DNA from: Macrostomum lignano
Lineage: Eukaryota
Direction: 5' to 3'
Length of the DNA: 64,000 nt
Assembly (NCBI GenBank): GCA_002269645.1
Contig: NIVC01000723.1
Coordinates: forward strand, 62,001-126,000
Made by a program: the position numbers and the translations under genes. The notes below the pieces were generated by a model. The model was not told where the DNA came from. It saw only the letters and a program-made list of their open reading frames with translations, and did no database searches. Shown piece by piece: positions 21,520 to 56,684 of this stretch; positions within the stretch are counted from its first letter, which is position 1, and each line of letters opens with the position of its first letter.

Positions 21520-21554
<35 letters not shown>

Positions 21555-22842
21555 GTTGCTGTTGCTCTTGCTTCTGCTGCTGTTGCTGTTGTTGTTGTTG
21601 TTGTTGTTGCGGTGGCTGCTGCGGCGTCTTCTGCGCCGACTGCTGCTTATCAGGGGCTACAAGTGGCACGTTAAACCTGCCACCCTTCTTAGCCGTATCT
21701 TTCTTGAGCGCTGAAGTTGGCAGCGACGTCGCTCCTCGTCTGAACGGAGGCGCGTTCTGATTGGCTGGCTCCCTGCCGCTTGCGCCGCTCGGCTTCTGCT
21801 GCTGCAAGGTTAAACTCGGCATGGTCTGCTCCTGCTGCTGCTGCTCCGGCTGCGGCTCCAGCAGCTGAGCTGGCGCGCTTTCCATGAGCCGGCCGCTCTT
21901 CTTGGGCCGCTGCTGGTTGTGCGGCGGCTCCTTACCTGGCGGTAGAAGATTGGAAGTGGCCAGCATGCGAAACGGGGTCGCATTGTAGCTGGTCGGAGTC
22001 TGACTGCCGGTGGCAACGGAGCTGCTGCCGCTGCTGCCAATCACTCTCGGAGGAGACTCCATCGTGTTTGAGTTGTCCTCCTTTTGTTTTTTTAACTTTT
22101 TGCCTTCCTGACGCTGAGTGGAAGTTTCTGCACTGTTTGGCTTGTCTCTTGGTGGCTGCTGCGTGTTGTTTGCGGAGCTCGGTCTGTCAGGGTCGGACTT
22201 GCCTGTCCGCTGCTGGGTGTTGTTTGCGGAGCTCGGTCTGTCAGGGTCGGACTTGCCTGTCCGCTGCTGGGTGTTGTTTGCGGAGCTCGGTCTGTCAGGG
22301 TCGGACTTGCCTGTCCGCTGCTGGGTGTTGTTTGCGGAGCTCGGTCTGTCAGGGTCGGACTTGCCTGTCCGCTGCTGGGTGTTGTTTGCGGAGCTCGGTC
22401 TGTCAGGGTCGGACTTGCCTGTCCGCTGCTGGGTGTTGTTTGCGGAGCTCGGTCTGTCAGGGTCGGACTTGCCTGTCCGCTGCTGGGTGTTGTTTGCGGA
22501 GCTCGGTCTGTCAGGGTCGGACTTGCCTGTCCGCTGCTGGGTGTTGTTTGCGGAGCTCGGTCTGTCAGGGTCGGACTTGCCTGTCCGCTGCTGGGTGTTG
22601 TTTGCGGAGCTCGGTCTGTCAGGGTCGGACTTGCCTGTCCGCTGCTGGGTGTTGTTTGCGGAGCTCGGCTGTCGGCCATGGTGACCGGGCTTGGGCACCG
22701 CAGCAACTACCGTCTGGACAGAATCCGTTCTGCTGCTGCTTTGCACAGCATTTTCGCCTCCCTTTGTTATTCTCATCATGGATGCTTCGGTGCTCTCCAG
22801 TTTCGAGCTCTCATTGCCGTTGTTGGCAGGTTTTGGTGACAT
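20818..22842 (-). CDS. Orphan 674-aa Q/P-rich protein with nine perfect 18-aa repeats and a polyproline tract
   Basis: 2-kb ATG-initiated ORF with in-frame 54-bp repeats, polyQ and PPPP tracts, and C-terminal GISDDEGVYEEP. Confidence 0.72.
22158..22668. repeat. Coding 54-bp tandem repeat (RTGKSDPDRPSSANNTQQ x9)
   Basis: Essentially identical copies that keep the frame open. Confidence 0.97.
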
Positions 22843-23404
22843 TGCTGCTTGCTTTGGTCAAAGTCTAATGTGTTTTATCTACATGCAACAAAGCAGTGTC
22901 TATTTGTTTTAGAATTTCTGACAGCTATGCCTGCCTGTCTGTCTGCCAGCCGCACAAGTGAAAATCGCTCCCTGCATGCTGCTTGGCCCCCTGCCAACCA
23001 AGTCTGCAAATTCTGAACGCGACGATTTTCAAAGTCTATGGCTTTCGCTTTGCACTTTTAAAATCGTTCGAGGCAGAATCTTGTCTAGTCGAAAAGCAAC
23101 GCAGGAATTTATTTAAAAAAGTACATCATGATATACGAGACGCTCGAATAGATTTAAAAATGACGTAAAACATGCACAAGGTTGAGTAATCTGATGAGGT
23201 TCGTCAAATTACAGCGACTGATCGTCAAGAGTTCACTTAGAAAAATAATTTTAGGGCTTAATTTCTGGAGATCACTGACAACAGTTCAAGTACTGAGTAA
23301 GTAGTGTTAAAGGACGTACTTCGAACCTGAAAATTCAAGATCAACAATCATCATGATTTTGGGCGTTCTGGGGGGTCGTTGACAGTTCAAACAGTTGGGC
23401 AGCG

Positions 23405-46232
<22,828 letters not shown>

Positions 46233-46249
46233 CTGGGAAGCGATGAAAT

Positions 46250-47105
46250 GATTCTTATGAGGTGCAGTGCGATTCTCATGAGATGATGTGCGATTCACAT
46301 GAGGTGATGTGTGGTTCTCATGAGGTGATGTGCGATTCTCATGAGGTGATGTGCGATTCTCATGAGGTGATGTGCGATTCTCATGAGGTGATGTGCGATT
46401 CTCATGAGGTGATGTGCGATTCTCATGAGGTGCAGTGCGATTCTCATGAAGTGCAGTGCGATTCTCATGAGGTGATGTGCGGTTCTCATGAGGTGATGTG
46501 CGATTCTGATGAGGTTTGCAGTGCGATTCTTATGAGGTGATATGCGATTCTCATGAGGTGATGTGCGATTCTCACGAGGTAATGTGCGATTTTCATGAGG
46601 TGCAGTGCGATTCTCATGAGGTGCAGTGCGATTCTCATGAGGTGATGTGCGATTCTCATGAGGTGCAGTTCGGTTCTCATGAGGTGATGTGCGATTCTCA
46701 TGAGGTGCAATGCGATTCTCATGAGGTGCAGTGCGGTTTTCATGAGGTGATGTGCGATTCTCATGAGGTTTGGAGTGCGATTCTCATGAGGTGCAGTTCG
46801 GCTCTCATGAGGTGATGTGCGATTCTCATGAGGTGCAGTGCGATTCTCATGAGGTTTGCAGTGCGATTCTCATGAGGTGCAGTTCGGTTCTCATGAGGTG
46901 ATGTGCGATTCTCATGAGGTGCAGTGCGATTCTCATGAGGTTTGCAGTGCGATTCTCATGAGGTGCAGTTCGGTTCTCATGAGGTGATGTGCGATTCTCA
47001 TGAGGTTTGGAGTGCGATTCTCATGAGGTGCAGTTCGGTTCTCATGAGGTGAGTGTGCGATTCTCATGAGGTGCAGGGCGATTCTCATGAGGTGATATGA
47101 GATTC
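46250..47105. repeat. 21-bp minisatellite (GTGCGATTCTCATGAGGTGAT/GCA) just 5' of the ferlin ATG exon
   Basis: About 40 copies. Confidence 0.95.
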
Positions 47106-48129
47106 TCATGAATTCATGTGTGATTCCCATGGTGATGGAGCAATTCACGTGGAAGTGATGCAACTAGTAATAACCTGTGCGCATCAGGTACCTCTGGCCA
47201 CGGCTCTAAGGAACAGGTATCACCCTCTGACCTTAACAGGGTATGCGGCCAGTCCGCAGGCTCCGGGGACAGCTTTTTGCCCCCCTTAACCACTTTAGCT
47301 CCGCCTGAAATCCAAAGCAGAGCTGCAGAGCGGCCATAGACAATTCTAACCCCAGATTCACTCATCCCGAGCCTACCCGATAGGACCATGTACATGTAGA
47401 CAAAGTCGAAGACTGTGATAAAATCCGTGTTCTTGAGTCTATGGTGGAGAGCAAAAAAGAGACAGAAAGAAGTCTCTCTCGTGAAGCTGAACTGTCAGTC
47501 TGTTTTCTTTACTAAATTTTATCTGCTCATTGCAGAAATAACTCATTGCTGCTCCGACTTCTTAGCTTCGTTTGTTTGTGCTTGTTCTGTTTTCCTGTCT
47601 ACAGCAAAATAAGTGTTTATTTTAGGTGACATTACATAATTAATATGCAACAAATGCTTTTCCAAGGACCCAGTCTAAATTTTCTGCTTTTCTATCTTAA
47701 CGACTCTGATCGTCCTGAGTCGACGACTCTTTTTCTCCTCTGATGGCTGCTCTGCAGCCATATCGGGGATTTTCAGGGTGACTTAAAATCGGGCCATAGA
47801 CGGCAGAATTCGAGCAAATGTCAATGGGAATATCGAAGGTTAGCAAATGGCTGCTCTGCAGCCACCGGGTTCGATAGGGTTAAGGGCCAAGTGTAGCACC
47901 GCGCTGATGGTCCTTTGGTTCGGCTTCTGGTTTCTCCAATCCGGGCTCTTAGCCGGGGGAGTTTCTCGGTTGCTAGCGGTCGGGCCGGTGAAGGCTTAAG
48001 CCACCCTGGTCGCTATCTTTTGGCTGGCTGTTGGGTTTGGGGTTACGGCCCAGCAGCTTCTCACCTCTAGTCCCCAATCGACTTTCAGCGACTCATGGAG
48101 TATTCATTTACTTCCGACGTGTCCGAGGC

Positions 48130-49275
48130 CAACCGAGATTGGTACCGCGGCCCAGCCGGAAATTCGCAACACCGGAACTCCCGGTGACTCTCAGTCAGCC
48201 CCTGCCGCCACTCAGGACACTGCCGAAGTGGCTGGACAAAAGGTCGGCGGACCTCAGACCTATACGGCGAAAGGATGGCGGACAACTGGAAACCCCGTGA
48301 AATCCACTGCTTCACTGACGGGTCCCAAATCAACTCCGCCTCTGGCTACGGCTACTGCATCGTGTCTGGATGGAGAACCGTGGCGACCTTCTCCCAGCAC
48401 ACCGGCACGTGCTCCACCGTCTTCCAGAACGAAGTTCTCGCCATCAGCTCCTGCGCCATGGAGCTGTACAATCAGCGCGTCTGGGGGAAGGAGATTATCC
48501 TCCATTCGGACAGTCAAGCGCCCTGGAGCGCACCACCACCTGTTTGCGTACAGTCCTCGACTGCATCGGGCAGCTCAACCGCTTAGGCGCCTCTAACAAG
48601 TTGTCCCTAATTAGGTGGATCCCCGGGCACTCGGGCCACCCCGGCAACGAGTTGGCCGATCGCCTGGCCAAGGCTGGCTCGACCGGTTCTTTTACTGGTC
48701 CCCTGCCCACTCGTTGTCACCACTCGGATCAACCAGTGGGTGGCTTCAAAGCACAGGGAGAGGTGGGCTAACGCCTCCCCGACTGCCGGCAATCCCGCGC
48801 CGCTGTCCCCTGTCCTTCCGCCGCCCTGCGCAGGGCCCTGCTTGGACTCAACCGCAGGGACATCAGGGCGGTGACCATGGCCCTCTCGGGTCATGGCTGT
48901 TTTGCCAGGCATCGCCACCTCCAGGGAAAAATCCGTAGTTAGGAATGCCCTTCTACCTCTCCGGGTGTCAAGAATGCGGAGCACTTCATCTGTGAATGCC
49001 GCCCCGCCTTTACTCAGGACAGGCTCACCTACCTCGGCCCAAACCCAGACCTCTCCGACGTCTTCAGGCCCGAGAATCTCTGCCAGCTCGTCCGCTACCT
49101 AAGGGCTACCGGGCAAGCGACCATCCACTTCTTGGACTCTCCCGGAGGGGGACCGCGCTGCGGACACCGCAGCACCAGCTGCCCGTGGTCGCCAGGGGTT
49201 AGTGAAATGGGAGGCAACGCCTCCTCGCTGCATACGGATGCACGGAGCCCCCTGAAACTAAGTCAAGTCAAGTAA
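48130..49275 (+). mobile_element. 5'-truncated non-LTR retrotransposon (LINE): RNase H, C-terminal Cys/His motif, 3' tail
   Basis: RNase HI motifs CFTDGS, STVFQNEVLAI, ILHSDSQA, WIPGHSGHPGNELADRLAKAG, then TMALSGHG and a frameshifted C-x2-C...H..C. Ends in an (AGTCA)n tail. Several frameshifts. Confidence 0.88.
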
Positions 49276-50399
49276 GTCATTGTAATCCTAAAGTCACTTA
49301 CATGAATTAATTGCTGTCAGTTGTCTACAGGTGTTAAAAACCTGGTTGAGAAGCAAAGTTGGCGGAAAGTGACCGGCAAGTCAGAAATGCACTGACAGCA
49401 CTGGTCTGGTCAACAGTTGTTTCACCAAAAAATATTTAGCGCCTAATAGAAATAAAAACACTCATTTTCTCTCACTGGTCTGCTTTTTCTGAAAAAAATA
49501 GAAATGGCGACATAATTTCTGCTCTTATCTATTTTGTCAGAGAAATCTTCTCCAATGACAGTTGGAGGAATGGCTGAGCGTGACATTCCAGCCAGGCTGG
49601 TAGATTACAGTCAGCTCTTGCATTGGTTGAGCTGATTTCGAATAGCATGCACATTAATGCAAGACCAATGCACCCCGAAGTTATGAAGCGTCGAGTCTTT
49701 TTACCAGATTAAAGAAAGACTTCTCGAATTAATGGCTCAGTGTACTGGGCTATCTTGTCTTGCCATTGGATCAGTAAAATATGCATTTAGTCATCGACAA
49801 TGGCGAGCTTGACGGGCCGTTTGAACTCCTGTCTAGCAATTGAAATGATTTGTGTGGAATGGAATTTATATGGTCGAGTTTAGCTGGATGTTGCGGTAGA
49901 TGGGATCACAGTTATATTTGACTACGCTCGTAAAACACCTGTTTAAGTATAGACATGCGACCTGGATGCATGACCACCAGTAAGCCAATGGGTGATGCAA
50001 TTAATGACAAAGGATGAAGTACATTTATTACTTGATACTTTAGCGCGGTCTACCTAAACTATAGGTAAATACTGAGGGTTTGTTTTTTACTTTTTTCATT
50101 GGAAATCAATTGTTTTTTCGAATTAATATTATGTTTACAGATAGCTATAACTAAAACTTTTGGTATACAGACATAAGAGAGAAGAATCCGGTATAAGTAC
50201 TTGCACCCATTCTCCCACAGCGAAATTCTAGGGCAGAGGCAAAGTCAAAGAACGACGGGATCGCGAATTTACACAGTTCAATTTTTTAAAATCAAGTATC
50301 TGTTTTTTACTTGATTTCATCTGTTTAATCTAGCATTAAAATGTGGAGCATAAATATTATTACTATAATTTAAATACAATTGGTCTTTTTCACCTCTAT

Positions 50400-53300
50400 G
50401 AAAGACAATAAAAAATGTATATTTGTTTTTTCCTCAGCGAAAATTCAACTACTGTTCAGGTGTGCACGTGCAAATAAATCTGCGTAAATTTACAAAGTAA
50501 AGCAACTTAATTAGAGTAAAAATACATGTGAATATTGGACAAGTTGAGCTATTTTGCATTAAAAGCACTATGACTATGAGTAAGGATTTTGTTGTATAAA
50601 CCCTTACTTCTTGGACATTTGAATATCATTCGTTTGCGTAGAAAACATTGATTACGAATCATAACATCCCACCCTATGCTTATATGGGAATAGGAAACAC
50701 TTATATAATTGAAATACTCAATCACATTATTCATTTTTTATTACATAGCATTGTTCAACCTCGAGGGCTTTTGATTTAAATCAAATAAATACAGGCCTAG
50801 CTCGAACTCGTGATGCATCCTATTCAAATTCGTGCCAAAATGCAGCATTTTAAAATAGCATTTAAAGTATCTGCAAAATCACAATCTTTTATAAAGCGTC
50901 TGTTAAGCCTCTTAAAATAGGCTTTTACTCATGCTAAAGGTATTTTCATAGATTTTAATGTTGTTTAAAATTTGTAGTGTCGAGCGAATTTAAGTTGCAT
51001 TTATTTATGGCCTTAATATTTTTTTAAGGTTAAGACTTAAGGTTTTAACTCTCTATCTCTACTAGGCTCTTCTTAATCTTGATTTTCGTTGTTCTTGTTA
51101 ACATGTTGAATGATTGATAACAAACATTTTGGGCCAAAGCTGGGTGGGTTTATGAACACGCATTCAGTAATCAGCTTCCTCTCTGACATTTTATAAACTA
51201 TTTCTTTAACATTTGCTGGGTCAGGCCATCTGGGTGGCACATGATAGGTGGCCTTACTTATGCCTTTCTTATTCATTATTGTTGTTTTGTCTATCATAGG
51301 CCTATATAGACTGTCGATAAAAATTCAATCTTTTTAGGCCTTGGTGTTGACCTACATTTGATACTGATACTGATACATAGTGAAATACAGATATATATAT
51401 ATTTGATTTGATCTAGATGCAAGCCAATTATGGCCCAAGCACTGCACTAGTAGCATAATAAAATAAGCTATGCCTATCTTTGACTCTGTTGCCAAACTAG
51501 GTTAAAATTTTATAACATAGGCCTATAGTTAAAAATTGAGCTAAAAGTTTATATGCCTAATATCTACAATTCTAGCTCGTATATATATCAAGTTGAAGGC
51601 AAATATATATATAATGGTACACAAAATTCCCTTTTAAAAAGTCTTCTTGAGTCTCTTAAAAGCTATTAAGGGATATTTATACTATAATATAAATAGTAAT
51701 AAATGAGACCAGAGTACATGATAGGCCCATACATGGGCAACAGTTGGCCGAGTTGGCCAATCTGGCCGACTGATTTGGTGGCCAACCAAGGAAGTTGCAA
51801 AAATGCCTACCCGAAAAAACATTAAGTAGTAGTACTATGTAACTGATGAGGCATTTTGGCTTTATAAGACAGTTATAGTTACTCCTGCTGTTTACCCAAA
51901 GTTGCATTAATTTTGCTTTTGGGTTTTTTTAACATGTAAGTCGCATTTTTGGCCAAAAACTACGTCACATTTTTGTTAAACTAAGTTGCACGGCCGACCA
52001 AATTTTGAAGGTTGCGCATGTATGGATAGGCCTAGTACATTGCTTTTTAGACTATTCATTCAAGCATTATACAAATTTGTATAAAAATTCATTTGAATAA
52101 TAATATAAATTAGCTTTAAAAGCAAGCTTCAATAGAAATTGTTTGAAAAAGATTTACAATTAATGGTCATTGCTCTCAAAGGCAAAGCCAATAAATAGAC
52201 AGCCAGAAGTTGCTTGCTTTTGCTTGTTAATCACTTTGCTAATGTTATAATTGTTTATACAAGTTAACTATAATTTATAAAGGACACCCTATGATAATAG
52301 ATAAAGTCATTAACAATGTATTTTTATAGTGGCATCTAAATATTACTCACATGTAAGGCTGCATCTAGCAGAGCTTGGCTTATTGCTATAGTTTTTTGTT
52401 AATAAAATGGAATAAAAGCTTTCTATTGTGGACTTTGAGCAAAACAAAGGGAAAATGATTTTGAGTTTTTTATGCATTGTTATATTGTATTGAAACTATT
52501 ATAAAGGTTGATCCATAAGTTCAATTTTAGCAAGTGAACATATGGCTTACTAGTGCCTTTGCAATGGAGAGTGAAGTCTAAAAGTGAGCATACTTGCTTT
52601 TTGCATGTTCATAGATTTGTGTTTGTGAGTCTGCATAAAATAAGTGGTAAATAGCAGATCATCAAGTATAGCAATAAAGTTGATACCCATATATATCATC
52701 ATACCACTCAACCACAGACTAGGATTTTTGCTGACATTGATATGAAATTATATCCAAGGTCCATTTTAAAGATGCAATTTGGAAATTTTAGATACTATAT
52801 AGCATCCTATAACTATAAGCACTATAAGACTATAAAGACTATAAGACAATGCAAAATTGCACTATCTTGCCTTTAACTATAAGATATAGCTAGTTTTTAG
52901 AACAACCATTACTTGTTAGAAGCACTTGAAGATAGGTTATTAAGGTGATATTTAACTTTGTTGTTGGTGTATGAGAAAATATTGGTCCTCATGATTAAAT
53001 ATTGTAACAGGGCTAACTGTTCTGTCTTCTAAGAACTATCCCACTGGTTAGCAAGGTTTTCAAGTTGTCCCAGGGCTCTCTCTTCCTTTTCTCTGGGGTA
53101 ATCTTATTTGCTACCACCAAGTTGTACTATGATAATACCTATGTTCTCCTATTGATAGTTAATAATGTACTTTTGCATGTACTTTTACTTATTTCTACTG
53201 GTAGCGTCTGTACATGTATTGTACTTTCTGGCCTAAGTGGTCTAATGGCACTGTACTCTATTCTTATTATTCACTCTTATAAAGGTTTTCTCTCTCAGTC

Positions 53301-53470
53301 CTGGGCATTCCCGGGAACAGAGGGTCACAGCTTACTTGCTGGGTATTCTGCCTTGAGGTGGGTCTGTCAGACTCTGAGTCTAGATTATCTACCCTTCGGT
53401 AGGTTTTCTGCCTTCTAAGGCAATTTACTGCTCTAAGGGAATCTTCCTCAGACTGAGTAATTCTCACTTT
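50400..53470 (-). mobile_element. Decayed AT-rich transposon remnant, possibly KDZ (Kyakuja-Dileera-Zisupton)/HMGXB3-like
   Basis: Minus-strand stop-riddled frame has CxC-like segments (KGKIVQF, PNC, GINFIAILDDLLF) and KDZ-like SGRHFCNFLGWPPNQSARLANSAN (about 51810-51730). Match is from memory only. Confidence 0.35.
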
Positions 53471-53889
53471 CAGCAGTTCTCAATTCTCCCAATTTGGGTT
53501 TTTTTAGTTCTGGAATAATAAATAAGGCAATTTGAACAATTGCTTAAAGATTTCAATTGCTTGCATGTGTGCATGCAGCGAGTCTAATGCTCGAGCTCAA
53601 GTTCAAGGTTTGCTCTTCTTGGCCTGCTCTGGGCTTCTATTTATGCTAGTCGCGTAGTCTATTTAAAACAAATTTATTTGCAGAATATTATTTTGTATCA
53701 CAACATTAAAACAAAAATTTTAGCAGACATTTGAATACAGTATTTTCTAAGAAATAATAGATTGTAATCATAGCAAAATATACTAGTGTTATAAAAAAAG
53801 GTGCACTATCTCAATATGTAAATATAAATATAAATTATTGAAATTGATAGCCAGGTATTAATTATCTTATTTATTGCACTACTAGCGGT

Positions 53890-53945
53890 TTGTGTCCTTG
53901 AGCAAGACACTTAACTCTGCATCAGTGTAATCAATTAAATTATGA
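53890..53945 (+). mobile_element. Internally deleted fragment of the same SINE
   Basis: GTGTCCTTGAGCAAGACACTTAACTCTGCAT joined to the tail GTGTAATCAATTA seen at the 3' end of copy 1. Confidence 0.65.
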
Positions 53946-53978
53946 ATATTAAAAAGATAAAATGCTGACTGATTGCAG

Positions 53979-56652
53979 TTGCAAAGCGGCGCAGAGAAGC
54001 TGCAGTTGCAGCCAACGCCGCCATTGCCTTCCCCTTCGCCATTGGAGCTGTCTGGCAAGCGAGTGTTCTTCTTTTATGAGCCTGCAGGGACTCGGCGCGA
54101 TCGGCAGTGCGAAGCTGGCGTGCAGCTTTGCGGCGGCATTGTGGAACCCTTCTTTTCCAAACAGGTTGGTGTTGTTCCAGATATATGGTATGGGGAATTG
54201 CTGACTGTTTGAGCATCATGAGGTGAATGCTGACTGTTTGAGCATCATGGGGTGAATGCTGACTGTTTGAGCATCATGGGGTGAATGCTGACTGTTTGAG
54301 CATCATGAGGTGGTGCTGACTGAGCATCATGAGGTGAGTGCTGACTGAGCATCATGGGGTGAGTGCTGACTGTTTGAGCATCATGAGGTGAGTGCTGACT
54401 GTTTGAGCATCATGAGGTGAATGCTGACTGTTTGAGCATCATGAGGTGAGTGCTGACTGTTTGAGCATCATGAGGTGAATGCTGACTGAGCATCATGAGG
54501 TGAATGCTGACTGTTTGAGCATCATGAGGTGAATGCTGACTGTTTGAGCATCATGAGGTGAATGCTGACTGTTTGAGCATCATGAGGTGAGTGCTGACTG
54601 TTTGAGCATCATGAGGTGAATGCTGACTGTTTGAGCATCATGAGGTGAATGCTGACTGTTTGAGCATCATGAGGTGAGTGCTGACTGTTTGAGCATCATG
54701 AGGTGAGTGCTGACTGTTTGAGCATCATGAGGTGAGTGCTGACTGTTTGAGCATCATGAGGTGAATGCTGACTGTTTGAGCATCATGAGGTGAATGCTGA
54801 CTGTTTGAGCATCATGAGGTGAGTGCTGACTGAGCATCATGAGGTGAGTGCTGACTGTTTGAGCATCATGAGGTGGTGCTGACTGAGCATCATGAGGTGA
54901 GTGCTGACTGTTTGAGCATCATGAGGTGAGTGCTGACTGTTTAAGCATCATGAGGTGAGTGCTGACTGTTTGAGCATCATGAGGTGGTGCTGACTGAGCA
55001 TGACGCCATGATGAAGATGAACCTAACACAAACCTGTCCCCCAGGTGGACTGTCTCATCACTAATGCGGACCTGTCCAACAAGCCTGTCGCAGAGGTGTT
55101 AGGATTCGGTGCCGTTGCTGCCTCCACCCCGCCGCCCAGGGTCCATGGCGCCTCATCACGCGGCCTCCTGCTGCAGCGCCTGGCCGCGGCTGCCAAAGGC
55201 GTTGCTGACCCAGCAGCTGCCATCATTCATCAAGCTTCCACAGCCGCTGCCGCCGGAGACGACACCCTGGCTAAGGCGCGGTCTCTCGGGCTAAGAATCT
55301 TCAAGCTGACCGATGTCCGGGACTGCCTCCGGGCCAGTGGCCATCTGCCGCCAGAGCCCGCCGATGCGGCCGGTGCAGCAACCGGGGCAGCAGCCTCCTC
55401 AGCGTCGGTCACACCGCAGTTCTATTCTGGCGACCGAGTGCTCAGCCTGCCAGCCCTGGTGATTGCGGATCCCAGGCGTCAGCGAGGTCCAATTGTCAGC
55501 GAGAAACTCGACGTTGTCGACTGTTTCAACGCCGCTGCCGGCTCCGTCAAGGAGAACCGCCGGCCGCCGAAAATTGTCTCGCCCTGTCGGGGTCGGCAGC
55601 GACGTCGGAATCCGGAGCCGCCGCCGCCGACCCAGCCGCCGCCTCAGAAGCGACGATGCGAGAACTGCCACGGCGCTTATTTAGACTTCAACAGTCACGT
55701 GACCGGGCCGCGGCATCGCCAATTCGTTGCCACGCCGGCTAATTTTGTGGAGATTGACAAAGTGCTGTCGGACTTGACTCCGCTAGCTGAAGCTCTCGCC
55801 GTTGCGGTGCCCGCACCAGCAGCGCCCGCAGCCGCTGATGCCGCCGACACCGCAGCTGCCGAGGCCGCTGTCGCTGTGCCCGACGAAGCAACCTCGGCGA
55901 AACTGGTCGCCGACTTGAACTGGCTGGCCGCCAGCCCTCGAGCCGCCGGCAAGCAGCGTTCGAACTCGGCTGCGGCAGTCGCCAGCCAATGCCGGGGGCG
56001 CAGTCATTCGCAGGACATTCGATTCCTAACTGGCCGTCGGGTTAGCGCCGGCGCCGCTACGGCCGCGGCTCCGCTGTCTTCTCGCCGCCAGCTGATTCCC
56101 AAACAGCACCGGAAATCGGCTCCGCAGGTGTTGCTGCCGACGGTGGTGCAGAAGACCGGCGGTGATGCCGCTGTCGCTATGGTTGATAATGCCTCAGCAG
56201 CTGATCCTCAACAGCCGCGAGCTAAGCGACCCAGGCTGGATGCTGAGGCAGGTCAACAGCTGAAGTCCTCTGGAGCGGCAGTTAGCGAAGCCACCGAGCA
56301 CATGGCCATGTCCAACTGCGACTTGCCAGAATTCAAATATCCCAGCACCGCCAGTTTTGGCCGGCTTAGTCGGCAAAGCGACGAAGCGGCTGCGCCTGTT
56401 GGACAACGCGTTGAGGCTGCCGCGTCGAGTAGTTTGGACAATGACGTCACCGTGCCGATGTCGGATCCTGCCTGGTCGGATCCGACCGATCCATTGCAGC
56501 AGCAGCAGCTATCCGCATCTCGGTCTGCATCGTCGCAGGCTGGCCGCTCCAATGCTGCGACCGCCGCTTCGGGTGTCAATTCGTCAAACGATAATTGCGG
56601 CTTGTCGTCTCCTTCGGCTTGTCATCGGCGGCATAAGCGACAATTGAGTTAA
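53979..56652 (+). CDS. DBF4: DBF4/ASK-like activator of CDC7; exons 53979-54164 and 55045-56652, start exon upstream (possibly 53587-53607)
   Basis: Split BRCT-like N motif LSGKRVFF...LCGGIVEPFFSKQ|VDCLITN...AKARSLGLRI, M-like motif LPALVIADPRRQRGPI, and DBF4 zinc finger CENCHGAYLDFNSHVTGPRHRQF. Phase-0 GT-AG intron 54165-55044. Confidence 0.85.
54200..55005. repeat. Intronic 29-bp (25-bp variant) minisatellite GAGCATCATGAGGTGAATGCTGACTGTTT
   Basis: About 28 copies filling the DBF4 intron. Confidence 0.96.
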
Positions 56653-56684
56653 CAGCGAGTTGATCGAGTCTAATAGGCTCAGTG

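Noticed and set aside
23205-23240. CTGATGAG hammerhead-like core (also about 51843)
   Set aside because: No downstream GAAA and no closing stems.
47114-47395. 93-aa minus-strand ORF upstream of the ferlin
   Set aside because: No recognisable motif or splice support; possibly a TE scrap.
47845-48030. Possible HDV-like ribozyme at the 5' side of the LINE fragment
   Set aside because: A P1-like pairing (AGGGCCA/TGGTCCT) exists, but I could not place P3, P1.1 and the J4/2 catalytic C consistently. An RNArobo or Infernal search would be needed.
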